DNA from: Lama guanicoe | Lineage: Eukaryota | Direction: 5' to 3' | NCBI GenBank assembly: GCA_013239625.1 | Contig: MU053557.1 | Span: forward strand, 4,494,123-4,558,122 | DNA: 64,000 nucleotides | In this document: piece by piece, positions 1-12,780 of the stretch | How the letters are laid out: each line of letters opens with the position of its first letter | How positions within the stretch are numbered: the stretch's first letter is position 1 | Position numbers and translations under genes: made by a program | The notes under the pieces: model-generated | What the model was told of the DNA's origin: nothing | Seen by the model: the letters and a program-made list of their open reading frames with translations, nothing else | The model's database searches: none

Positions 1-926
1 CCCACACGTATCAGAAATTGCACCTTAGTTATTCAGTCATTGGGCAGGAACCATTGCTTGGCCAACAGAACTACGTATTCTTGGGGATCACCCTGAGGGA
101 AGGACTTAAATCTGAGTTTAAGAGATTGCAGTGTTGACATTTTCAAAGTGCTTATTTATATTAGCACAGTTGTTGGCATAATTCTATATTGTCCAGACTA
201 CACCAGTACTTTCCCTGTCCTATAAGATTTTGTGCCATCCTTCAATGCATGGATGCTGGGTGTTACCCATTCAGGGGACTTTGGGCAGGGACACAGCAGA
301 CAGTCACAGAAACCCAAGATATTCAACAAGCTGCAACTCAGAGGCAGCTGGCATGGGCTAAGTAGCAACCAGAATATTAAGGAACCATCCCTATGGATCA
401 ATCCATGTGCACTGTGGAGAGAATGTGATACAACAGAAAAGAATGGGTTATTGGCAGAGGGGGTGCACTTGTGTGCACACACTTATGTATGTGTGTGTGT
501 ACGTGTGTGTGCGTTTTGAATGGGGTGGGGACTGCTTTTCCTCCATGAGTCATTTCCAAACAACCTTTCTTCTCATTCCATCTGTGTCTCCTTCAAACCA
601 GTTTTCTTCTGAATTCTCTCATAGATGAACCATCCTTGGGAAACTGAGCCTCAAATGAGATTTCATGATGGAACACTCAGGGGTGGGGTGGGCTGCTCTG
701 TTTGTTCTTTTTCTCTGACTGATTCCCTTCTATAGTCACACCTGCAGTCACCCTTTCCCTCTAGGACATTGGTCATTTAAAGTATGTTCAAAAAATAAAT
801 AAAATATATTCATATTAAGATGACCAACAGTTCCTCTTTGGAAACGCAAACGTGTGTGACTCTGGGCCTCAATTTCCTTGTGTGTAAATGTTCATGCATC
901 TCCTCACAGGTGGGCTGGCCTTTGTT

Positions 927-955
927 CACACACACACACACACACACACATACAC
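927..955. repeat. (CA)n microsatellite
   Basis: Direct reading. Confidence 0.9.
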
Positions 956-1065
956 GCTACCCTGTACTGTCAATTAGTTGAAAGGCGACTTGAGTGGGTG
1001 ACTAGGTTTACCTGGAGACAAGGCTGCTGAAGAAGTCAAAACAGGAGCAAAAGAGATGAGGACAG

Positions 1066-1550
1066 CCTGGTGGTGAAGCACACGGACCCTGGGGTTAGAC
1101 CAGCAGAGCTCAAACCCCGCCCCTGTGACTCACGAGGTATAAGATCTTCGGCAAATTATTTAAATTCTTGAAGACCCAATTTCCCATTAGTAAAATGGAG
1201 ATGTAAGTAATGTCTACCCTCGAGGTTGTTTCGAGCATGAAATGAAACAACGCATACAAAGTGCTTAACCCAACGCCTGACACCCAGCAAGTGCAGTAAG
1301 TACTACCAGAGAGCGCACAGGGCAAAACTCACAACAGCTATTATTTGTTGAATATTTGCTATGTACAAGGCTGTGGGCTACTTTAAATACATTATCTATT
1401 TCAATCTTCAGAGCAACCCTGTAAGGTACGTTCTAGAATATCCCCTTTTCCAGATAAGAAAACTGAGATGCAGAGAAGTTAAGTCACGTCTGCAAGGTCC
1501 CAAAGTTACCAAGTTTCAGAGCCCAGACCGTCTGACTTCAAACATGAGGT
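1066..1550. mobile_element. Two MIR SINEs in opposite orientation (representative; many more MIR/L2 fragments occur across the window)
   Basis: MIR core on plus (AATTTCCCATTAGTAAAATGGAGAT) and on minus (CAGATAAGAAAACTGAGATGCAGAGAAGTTAAGTCAC). Confidence 0.7.
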
Positions 1551-4500
1551 CCCAGCCACATCTCACACAAAATCAACTTCCTAAAACCCAAATTAAGAGT
1601 TACTCGGTGAGTAACTGTCACCACTTCCTGTAGGCCTTTCAAGACCCCAATCCCTCTGAACCCCAAAAACCTTTAACACAGCCCTTGAAAACACTAGGGG
1701 CATTCACTGTGACAGCCAGACAACTTCACGTGGGGTAAAAATGAGCATGTGTAGAGTACTCTTTCTTCTCCATGTGTTTTCACACACACTACATTTGGTG
1801 TGAGGATAAACGTGCTATAAGTGCGTTTAAGATGCTACAAGGCCTGACATAGAGTAAACATGGCAGAGAGAAAGTGAGGCAGTGAGAGAGCATGATGGAC
1901 ACGTGCTCAGAGTCTGGAGTCAGACTACCCTGGGTTCGAGCCCCTGCCTGTTCTTCATCAGTTGAGGGCAACTCACTGAACCTCTCTGAGCCTGTTTCCT
2001 CATCTCTAAAAAGAATAGGGCTCACCTTCTTCCCTCAAAGCATGGTTCTGAACATTAAATGAGGTCATCCCTGTGAAGCACATGACACAGCGCAAGACTC
2101 AAGGGAAGCCCTTGGTAAATACCCTTATCAATGATACTGTGCTTATTAAGTGTTAAAAATGTTTTATCTATAATTATTAATAGTCAATTCTCAAAACAGT
2201 TATCACACAGAGACGAGGATATCAAAGCTTGGAGAGGCTGAGTGCCCTCCTCAAGGCTCCATAGGACTGGGACCCAGTGTTCTTCTCAAAACCACCTACT
2301 AGCCGCTGAAACCAGCAGGGCAGGGAAGTGCTCACGGGCGGCTAATGCGCAGCCCTTGCTGGGCTCCTAGGAAGGAGTGCAAACACAAGCCGTCCTACCA
2401 GTTCTATAACCCACAGTTCCTTCCACAGCAAAGCTAACCCCGGTCTCCATGGGATTATCCTATATTTCCCAGGGCTTGGTAGAACTCAGAAGTGTTCTGG
2501 ACAGGAGTCCACCTTAGTTTTTGCCAGATAGTAAGGTGATTAGGTCAGAAGAGTTTCCCCCAGAGGTCCCAGTTCTTGCAGCGGCGTTGACATTAAGCAG
2601 CCCCCAGGTGTTGTAGTTGGGTGGTTGAAATGCCAGGGGCAGCCAGTCACAGAAGCCGGGGTCATAGAAGCCTTATAATTAGAATTGGAGTGACTAATTT
2701 CCAGGTAGAATCAGAAGCTCTTGCAAACTGCTTTTGTAGAAATTATACCCACTGATGCCCAACCTGCCCTGAATCACTCTACATGCATAAGCAGAAACAG
2801 CTGGCATCAGAGAACTCTACAAACACAGCCCAGAATCGCACGGGACGTGGTCCGAGAAGACGGGCCTCCTCTTGCCTTGAAAAGTGGCATGCCGATGACA
2901 TCATGTCAGCTGAGGTTCTTCCCAGCGTCTAAGGGTAGTGTCAGAGAGCAACACTGACTTGGGTGAGCTGGGCGACCTGGGGTAAGGCTCTTCCCTTTCC
3001 TAGTTCTCCCATGGTAAAGTGAAAGAGCTGAACTAGAGGTCTCAGCCCACAGACTGTAACAGTTACCACTTCTTATGATATAAAATTCTCTGACCGTTGG
3101 TTCATTTAAGAGGCAGTAAGAAGTAACAATTTAATATCTAACAGTTACATAGAACAGCCTTATGAAGTTGGTGCCATTAATATGTCCATCTTACAGATGC
3201 AGAAATTGAGGCCCAGACTGATTAAGTGTCTTGTACAAGACACTCGCATGGAATTGGGATTTTAACCCAGGCGGCATAACCCCAGGTCTATGCTCTTAAT
3301 CATTAATAACATTAATGAAAATGTTAATGAACTTGTCATGCATACTAAGGGTTCCAGATCCTTCTTTTAGGGTTTCTCCATTTTTATTCCATAAACAGTG
3401 TGTGTGTGTATGTGTGTGCATTATATATATATATCACCTAAGTTCTGACATGTCAACCCTGGACAGGTCCTGACAGGTCACCTGGGCTGGGTGTTCTTAA
3501 CTCATCCTTAGGGAGTCATTAAAGGGTCCATCAACTCTGTGAAGTTCTATGCAAAATGAGGGTGTGTGTAATTCTGAAGGCAGATGTCACAGATATCTTC
3601 AGATTTTCAAAAAGGTCTGTGGACTTTTAGAGACCAGCCCATCTTTTGACATTGGGTAAAACTGAGACCTAGCGATGGAGATGGACTTGCCCAAGTACAC
3701 ACAGCAGGGAACGACAAACCTGGGTTCAGATCCCAGATCACCTGACCCAGAGCCCAAGCTCTGTGGCTACACCACACGGTAGCCTCAGTTCCCTCCAACA
3801 TGCACCAAGGGCCTGTCAGGGTTGAGACACCTTTGTGGGGATTACACGCACAGCTCATGTTTAACAAAGAAAGGCATTTCGCCACTTCCCTTAGGGTTCT
3901 TATCATTGATAATTACCACTAATCTGCCTGTCTGCTTGTCTGCTATGGATGAAAACTGAGCTCAAGGCATATCATCCAGATCGGGCCCAGTCTGCCTTCA
4001 CCTGGCTCCACTCCTGGCCTCCATAGATGCTTAAGGTGGTTGGGCATTCGTATCTCACTCTTTTGATTGAAGTAATCAGTTCAAAATAAAACTGACAACA
4101 GCTAAAACTATGCAAAGCAAAATGTGTTGATGACTAAACACTGACAGAAGAATCAAGCTGTCCCGACAAAGTTCACATCAACCAAATGTGTACCATGGAA
4201 ATTGGACTCAGTAGAAATAAAGCCGCAACAGAAAATTCACTCTGGCAGAAGCTAAAATTTGATACATTTGACACAGATGAATCATAATCAATAAATTAAG
4301 CCTTCCTTGTGAAAATTCACATGGAAAGGCATGAATCTCTATAAAACTGATTTTGATAAAATGAGAAGAGAAATGACAAAAAGTAGAAATGGTTTCACTG
4401 CAACTTATTGAACACTGATCCTGATACTAAAATGGCTTAATGAGACTTAATTAAGAAAAATACTTCCGTGGCAAAAATTCAACCATGTTGGTGCTTTAAA

Positions 4501-5056
4501 TGCTTGTAGTTATAAGCACGGAAGCAAACCATCCTCAGGACCAAAGCACAGAGGTCAAAATGTCTGCCACATAAAACACGGGTCAAACAGGAAGTGCCAA
4601 CACAGGGAGGTCAAAACTTCTTACAGCCGCGTTTTTTCACTGAGGATGCAATCATTTGCAGGAGATGCTCTGATGAGGCAAACAAACTGACATAACCACT
4701 GCCTTTGCAAAGCTCACTTGAAAAGCCAAGCAACTAGCACACACGATATTATTCTAGGCAAGCTTTAATCCTATAAGGTCAACAAAGAAGTTAACATTTA
4801 CACCAGGGAGTAAATGTTATGGGGTGAGGGAGGTGAGTGAAGAATTTCTCAAACCTTCAAGAGGGTTCCAGGAGAACTTTCTTTACTTCCTGAACAAGAA
4901 GAGTCACTCTCCTCTTTGCCTTCCATTTTTGTAGTCTCAGCAGTTACTTGTCTCATGTTATTTCTAGTGCTAGGCACTGGCTCCTGCACCAGATCTCTGG
5001 GCCTCGTGACCACTCACTCTTATCTTGACCTTATCTTCTTTGACAAGGCTGGGGTC

Positions 5057-5913
5057 AGTGGCATGCCAGAGCTGGCTCAAACCCACTCCTGAGAGCCAAT
5101 TGTTAAGTTTCAGGAATTTGGTGAGCTGGTTGTTAAGCACAGCCATTGTTAAAAGTCAAATTACATAAAGAATATAAACTTATAATTAAATATATCATCT
5201 TAAAAAGAGGTAATGTTTAAAACTCATCACTTCCTAAATAGGTTGGTAGATTTTGCTACTGAGGCTGTTCACGCTCATTAAATCTGTGTGGGAGAAATAC
5301 TCTGTGGTGATGTGCACATCTCTCCCCACCCATATTCAGTGACATCACATTAGCAGCCTGAAATCAGCAAGGCTGGAGTATTTATACGACAGAAATTTGC
5401 AAATGCTACAAACCAAGACCTCACTTATGGCTTTGCTGATTGTCTAGAGTTAAGAAAGTGATACTAATAATGTGTATTATACTTAAAACCATGTCTATTA
5501 AGTCTACACCTGTTCCATGGTAATGAGCACAAAAAATGAGGCAACAGCCTTTTGAATTCAGGAAAAAAAAAGCCACTCACACTGTTGACAAATGAGTGAT
5601 TTCCAACCTCTTTGTTATTTCACTTTTGTCTTACTTGTTAATGAAAATATCAATGAGTATTCGTGTCAAAACTAATCTTGTTATCCAATTGCAACCATGG
5701 TTGGCTCTAGATACAAAGGTTCCACATAAATCACTGAATGTATTGTCTGGGAATCAATTGGTTATATGAAATTTACAGTACAATCATTGATATTTTATTG
5801 CTATTTGTAAATTGTGTGCCATACATCCTTTATAAAAGCAAGATGTATGACAACCTTTAGTATGCATACACACACGCACATTTTCTTTTTCAGAAAGTCG
5901 GCTGTCACTTACC
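5057..5913. mobile_element. hAT-Tip100 DNA transposon fossil (Arthur1-like)
   Basis: Starts CAGTGGCATGCCAGAGCTGGCTC...GAGAGCCAATTGTTAAGTTTCAGGAATTT, resembling the Arthur1 terminus as recalled. Confidence 0.6.
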
Positions 5914-8900
5914 TCTGATTTCTCTCAGAAGCCCCCCTTCTCATCCCACAAGACCACCAGGATCTGCTGCAACCACCAGGCCGTTAGGCCAAGTGAGGTC
6001 ATGATGGGCCCAGGGAAGTACCTGGAAGCTCCAGACTAGAGGAAAGGAAGGGCAGTGTTTATAGTGAGGGCTGGCAGCAGAATGGCCTTTGTCTGCTCAG
6101 GGTCTTTATTTATTTTCACATCAGCCTAAGGCTTTTGACCCCAGTTTGAAGCCAAAGGACAGGAAGAAAGGTCCTTTACTTTCTTGTAAAGGGGACTGGC
6201 AACATAGTTTAGCTGGCAGAGAACTCCAGGACACTGTGACTCCCTGGCCTAGGACATCTCAGGGCCCTGAAATGACAGCTCATGTAAGAACTGGAAAAAG
6301 AATCACCCCTCTTCTCCCTGGGGGCCATACATTATTTGGAGTCTCTGCAGGAAGACCACACTCACTCTCATACCTCTCTATTTCGTATCTGCTGGTGTCC
6401 TTCAGGGGACATATTTATTTCACTGTTTTATCCATGTATAATTTATACCCTAAACAGTGTCAACCATGCATTCATTTATTCATTCATTTATTTATCCAAT
6501 AAATCAATATTGAATACCTTGTGTGGGTCAGGCACTATCCTCGTGCTGTGGGTACAGGGATGACCCAATCTCTGACCTCATGGCCCATAACGTCAAGTGG
6601 ACAGTATGGACATTAAACTGGTTTCACATCCAGTTGGATGCAAAATAAAAGCACGCCACATGTTCCAAGCTGAATTCATTATCTTCTTCACATAAAACAC
6701 TCTTCTCAAATGCCTGTCAATAGAACCACAGCAATCACAGCCACCACTTATACAACATGTACCAGGTACCAGTCGAAGCACTTTATGTATATTAACTCAT
6801 TTAATCTCTACAAGAATCCTGCAAGAGAAATACTGTTATCACCCTAATTTTACCAAGAGCTTTAAAAACTTCTCTGAGGTCCTACCTTTGATAAAACAAT
6901 GCAGGTTTTCAGTGGTACCACACACAATTCATTCTGGGTAGGATGTTCGGATGAAATAAGATCAATCCATCTGAAGCTCCATGACATTAAGCAAACGTCT
7001 AGATTCAGTTTTATGAAATAACTGCAGTATGGACGAGGCTTAGATTTGTATCCCGACGCAGTACTCGTAATATGGACTAGGCTTAGACTGGTCTCCTCAC
7101 TCTGCCACTTCGCATCTGCAGGACTTTGGGTAAGCTAACCTCTCATTTAACTTCCCTAGACCTGTTCTCTCATGCATCCTATTTGAACAATTATAGTACA
7201 CAGTTACTTCCTGGGTGGGGTGAGACTGCGTAAGAGGAGCCAGTGATATAATGGAAGCACACCTGAAGCACAGTATCTGGAGTTTAAGTGCTCAAATCTC
7301 AGCTGTGATGGTAAGAATGATGGAGAGGTTCACCCTGGGGGGACCCTGGTCCACCCAGGAGCCCATGGCTTCGTGATTGATGGACTGTGACGATCTTGCT
7401 CACTGGAGTGTGAGGTGTTTGATATTGGTTGGCTGGATAGATGGATGGATGGATACATCTTTGTTTCCATTGTCCCACAGGAGCTACCCTCTGACTCAGA
7501 CTTTCCCTCCTACGCACGTGGGTATCCACTCCCCTCCCAAAAGACCAACAGATACTCAAAGGCAGAGACTAGGTCTTCCGTCCTGCATTTTTCACCACAC
7601 CCCCAATTTATGATTTGTGAGTCTGAAACAATCTCTTCCCAGTTAGAACACAAAATATCCTAAAGGTATCACCTGACCCTGGTGCACTTTCTCCCACAGA
7701 ACCTTCAGCCCTGAAGGGATTTCCTGTGATGATTGGTAGATTACTGCTGGTACAAATCAGGTTTCTTGCTCCGAGCTTTTCTGGTCGTTCCCCTCCTTAA
7801 GACAAAGGGTAACCATCAAATGTTCACAGGGCAAATCATTCTCTTCAAGATCCTAAGTTCTAAAGAGGAAATGTGAAACCAGAATTACATAGTTATTAAA
7901 AGCACTGATTTTCAGGTCAGACAGAACTGGTTTTGCATCTCTATAAGTGTCTTAACTACTCTGAGCCCTGATTCCTTCATTGGAAAGTAGGGAAAATAAC
8001 ACCTTCTTTGTAGGGTAATTTGGAGGATCCAGTCATATACTGCAGGTGAATTACTAAGCACAGTGCCTAGTAAAGAGGGCAGGTGCTCAGTTAAAGACCA
8101 TGATTATGCCTGGTCATAACTGCTTCCTCTCTGAAAGCTGGGAAGAGGTCAGCCCATCTACAGCAATTCATTCTAAACAAATGAAAATTATGCTTATTAT
8201 TCTCAATACTCTTACCTATCACCTAATCCCCTATGTTACTCATGAGCAAAAAGCAGGTAGATTGTGGTTTTAATACTTTCTCCCCCTCACAAATGATACG
8301 AAGGGGCCACGACCTGAATCCAAAGTTTCATTCATTCATTTTTATTAACCCATTCACCAAACCTTTACTGAGATTCTACCATGTGTCAGATATTGGTAAC
8401 AATTCAGGAAATAGGAAGGTGAGTGACCCAGACAAGGTCCCCACTCTTAAGAAACTTTTGATCTAGGTGGTGCACAGGAATTTTTTTTAAAGCCACACAG
8501 ACAATATAATTACAAACTGTGATAAGTGCCCTGAAGGAAAAATACAGGGATCTACAAGCACATGTAAGAAGAAGAACCTAATCTAAGGATACAAGAAGAA
8601 ATAGAGAGAAAGACAAACTTTATATAACAGGAAAGAAAAGAAAAGGATGCTACAGGACTTGGGAGAGGGTCAGACTGTCATAATCCCTTACGACTTTAAA
8701 CAACCAAAATTGCAAACCCTCCAAGTCATCCTTCTGTTTGGCTATCCTTCCCTCCACCCACTAGAGTCCCAAAGCTACATGTTCTAGGACAGACAGAAGT
8801 CCGTTTTGTTTGTTTCATGAATAAGTATCTGTTTGGTCACTGGGGTTACCATGCAGCTGTTACTTCAGCCTGGCCCTTGGCAGCGCCCTGGGGAGGAAAG

Positions 8901-10499
8901 CAGATGTAGCTGGTGTCACTGCTGTCTGGGACAATGTGCAGAGACGTCAGGGATGTTCCTATGAGCATCTCTATGAAGCAGATGTCCAATACTTCCCCAG
9001 ATGAACAAACAACAAAGGTCTCAGTTTACAAGCAAGTTCAAGAACAAAAATGTCAACTTCACACATAACATTTGGCCTAGGCCAGAAAGGTAAAGTAGTT
9101 GAGAGTCATACACATCATGTTTAAATATCATATTCTAGATCTGAAAGGTTAGAAACAAAGGTTAGAAATGAAGAGATTGCCTATTTTAAAAATTATTTTC
9201 ATAGAATTTGCAGTAGGTACAAATTAGCAATTCCAAATAAAATAAAACAGGTTAAGAGAATAGATAAGCATTCTTAAATATTGTGAATCAGTTTACAAAA
9301 AAAAAACAACAACCCTGTTTCTAACCCTGTTTATGCATAAGAATTCAAACATCTCAACATGAGCATGGGCTTCTCCCTGCCTGTTTGTTTCACAAGACAC
9401 ATTTGGAGGAAGATGGTATCCCCACCAGCTTCCCCAGGATATCAAAAGTAAGTGATTCTCTCACATCTGTGATGTCCTTTCTGCTGCTGCCATTCAAGCC
9501 ACAGGTACCATGATGAGTGAGACCCACAAGGCGCCATCCACCTGGCTGCCTCAGGTGTCCGCAGTCTTCTGCTATCAGTTTAGGGATGGATCTCCTGCAA
9601 ATTCACCCTGTGCTCCCCTTGGAAGCTTTAAAATCTAATTTGTAATTTGCTTTGACCTATCACCACTTTGCCATTATAAACTTTCTATTCCTCCTTTCAT
9701 TTTCCATTTGGGAAAGATGATTTATCCTTTCTTCTAGACTGTCATCTGACTGTGGTCAGTGATAACCTCCATATTTTTCTCAAGACCTCCTAGAAAAATC
9801 AGTTCTCTCCAATTCTGTTCTAGAATAATTAAGTTTTTGACCTGCCAGAACCACCACATTGATTTCAGCCTAATATTTCAGGCTGCTAAAACAAGTTTTA
9901 ACCTGCTTCTATTCATGACCACATTAGTGATGGTACCTGTCCCAGAGATGTGTCACCTGACACAGATCCACAAAATCACATAATGGCTTCACAGTCTGCT
10001 TCCAGCATCAGGAAGACATGAGTTCAAATCTCGCTTCAGCCACTTACTAACTGTGGACGTGAGCCATGTCCACTTGCTGAACCTCAGTGGAGATAACAAT
10101 AATAGTATCTTCCTCCAAACATTATTGGATTACATGAGAGAGTTCACAGAAAGGTCTTTCACAGGGCCTCATATGTAATATTCATTCAAAAATGTCAACC
10201 ATTATTTTTATTTTGATAGGTATACATTCTCTGGTTCCAATAAAATTGCCCATCAAATGATATATAAGAAAGAACAAAGGCCAGAGCCCTCCTGTGCCTT
10301 TTCAGAGAGCCCCTCCAAGGCCAGCACTTTTCAAACTGCAGGTTAGTGAATCTGGAAATCAATTTAGTAGGTCATAGGCTAGATGTTTATAAATTAGAAT
10401 AGAATGTTTTTAATAATGAATAGGATGGAATAAAATGGTTCAAAGTGCGTTTCATGTCATAAGCACTAAGTGGTATTTTGTCAAACATATGTATACGTT

Positions 10500-10501
<2 letters not shown>

Positions 10502-10538
<37 letters not shown>
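10502..10538. repeat. (TG)n microsatellite, about 18 units
   Basis: Direct reading. Confidence 0.95.
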
Positions 10539-10541
<3 letters not shown>

Positions 10542-10679
10542 CATACTGGGGTACAACATAAAATGCATCCCTTATTGTGTGTCACAGGAAGAAAAAAAAA
10601 ATTGAAAGCCACTGCTGTAGGCTGACCCAGAGCTCTTAAACACATCCTTTGGTAATTATCTGCTATTTAGGAGAGGCAT

Positions 10680-10698
10680 TACTGCCCCCTGGTGGAGC
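10680..10698 (-). promoter_or_regulatory. CTCF-binding motif
   Basis: Minus strand reads GCTCCACCAGGGGGCAGTA, a full match to the core CCASYAGRKGGCRS. Confidence 0.7.
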
Positions 10699-12089
10699 TC
10701 TTGATTTCTGCCATTGAGTGGCAGAAGCCTTGCTTCTTACCCATGTAACTGCAGCCATCCTCCCTGTACCCTGCCTACAAGCTCACCTGGGGGAATGCAC
10801 CCCTTGAGCTATTGTGATGCCCTGGGCAGTGAGTCCAAGGCAGCACTAGAAGTGGGAGCTGGAGTTCTCACTTTTGAAATAATTTTGAAAGCACAGTGTC
10901 CTTCCCTTGCCCAGTCTCCTGGGAAACTGAGCTGAGTGGCCCTGTGACTGAGCCTCAGCCACACAATGCCCCACCTCTGGCCCATCACATGTCACAGCTG
11001 GGCAGAGCCTCCCCAGCCTCTAGCAGCCATCTGTCCCTGCTTCTCTGGACAGACTATACCCCTTAGAGGAAGGTAAATTGACTGCATGTTCTCAGAGCCT
11101 GGACTGCCAGCAGCCTCCATCCTCTAACACACCTGAGTTCTGAAATAACTGACTAGGGTTGGGGGAGCAGAAGGGTGCAGACTGGAAAAAAATCTATGCT
11201 GTCCCACCCAAGAGGTAGGCCTCATTAAGAGGTCTTACCAAGAGGTAAAAGCCCCAAGAGAACTGCACCCCTAACACACATCCCTGTCTTCGTACGTGGA
11301 GCCCAGAACCAGATATGCTTCCTAAGACTCCACTTAGTTCTGCTTCAGTATGAGAGCTACCATGAATTGAGGGCTTATACCTAGTCATCCGCACTTGAGG
11401 TCTCAAGTAAAACTCCAAGAAGAGTCAAAACTGAGGCTGAAGAGTGTAGAGTAACTTGCCAGTCACTCACCCAGCTTCAGACCCAGGGTGTCCTTGAATG
11501 CAGGACCAGCATTCCCAGCAACTGCTAAGTCTGGTTGCACTTTTGAACTTCAAGGCTTACACCAAGAAAGAAACAAAACGTGACTGAATTGCAAAGTGGT
11601 AAATAAAACTGAGTATGAAAAAAAGCTAAGATTAAATCTTAACTTTAAAATAAATAAAGGGTGGGGTCATAGTAGGCATTCTTTAGAACATAAGCCATTT
11701 AATTAATTCACTTTAAAAACAGACTCATTTGTTCTTTCTTCTTCGGGTAAAGATTTGTCCCCGAAGATAGATGTGCCTCAACCATTTTCTCGTCTATGAA
11801 ACAAAGAAAGTAAACAAATCTATCAGATCATCTAGCATTTACACTATGTGCCAGGCACTGGGTGTGCTCAGAACTTTTACATGTGCTGTCTGATATAATC
11901 CTGACAACACTGGACTCAGAGAAGTTAATTAACTTGCTGAAGGTCACACAGCTACTAAGACAGATGCTAACCTGTATGCCTGACTCCTTTGCACCCACCA
12001 GGAACTGCTGCCTGGTGAGTATAGAGCTCATATCCTTGAATTTATTCTTCCTTCCTTTCCCTGTCCACACATCTCAATGGTGGCAACTA

Positions 12090-12780
12090 TTAAAAGGGAA
12101 GGAAGTCAAGATCATGAAAAACAAGGAAAGACTGAGAAACTATCACAGACCAGAGATGTCTAGGGAAACATGACAGCTAAATGCAATGTGGTACTCTGGG
12201 ATCTTGGCTCAAAAAAAAAGAAGGACTTTACTGGGAAAACTGGTGAAATTTAAATAAAAGCTGGAGTGTATTGTTGCAATAGCCACGTCCTAATGGGTCT
12301 CCCACTTTCCCTCCTGCTGCCCTGTAATCCAATTTCATGCTGCTTCCAGATTCATCTTTCCAAAGCACAGATCTGACCCTGCCTCTCCCTCCTGCTTATA
12401 ACCTTTTCAAGGCACCCCCTTACCCTCAGTGTCTGTTTCCAGCTCCTCTCTCCAGCGTTTTCTCTCACTTCCCTTCCCTCCCTCCCTGACTCTGCTCCAG
12501 CTTTGTTCAACTCACTGCGGTTGTCAGAAAACACCAGGCCCTCTTGACACATTCCTTGTCTGTCAATCCCCTAGGCTGCCATTAGAATTAAGCAGATCTC
12601 TCTCCTCTCTCAGGATTCAGTTTAAATGTCACTTCCTCCAGGGAGCCCACCCTAATGTCCTCGCTCCTGTGCCTGGGTTATGTCCCCTGAGTTCTCACTA
12701 CACCCCGTAATTAGCTCCCCTCACAATGCTTCCCATCCTGGATCATATTTATATCTGTCCCTTCCCTCTTATACAACTGA
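12090..12780 (+). mobile_element. L1MC-type 3'UTR fragment (about 12090-12270) followed by an L2 fragment
   Basis: AAACAAGGAAAGACTGAGAAACT...CTAAATGCAATGTGG; then TGCAATAGCC...TTTAAATGTCACTTCCTCCAGGGAGCC. Confidence 0.6.

Noticed and set aside
4080..4800. Possible ancient DNA-transposon or conserved element
   Set aside because: I could not assign a family or termini by eye; it needs RepeatMasker and conservation data.
7028..7087. Spaced direct repeat TATGGAC(G/T)AGGCTTAGA, superficially CRISPR-like
   Set aside because: Only two copies, in mammalian DNA at a MIR edge; a local tandem duplication.
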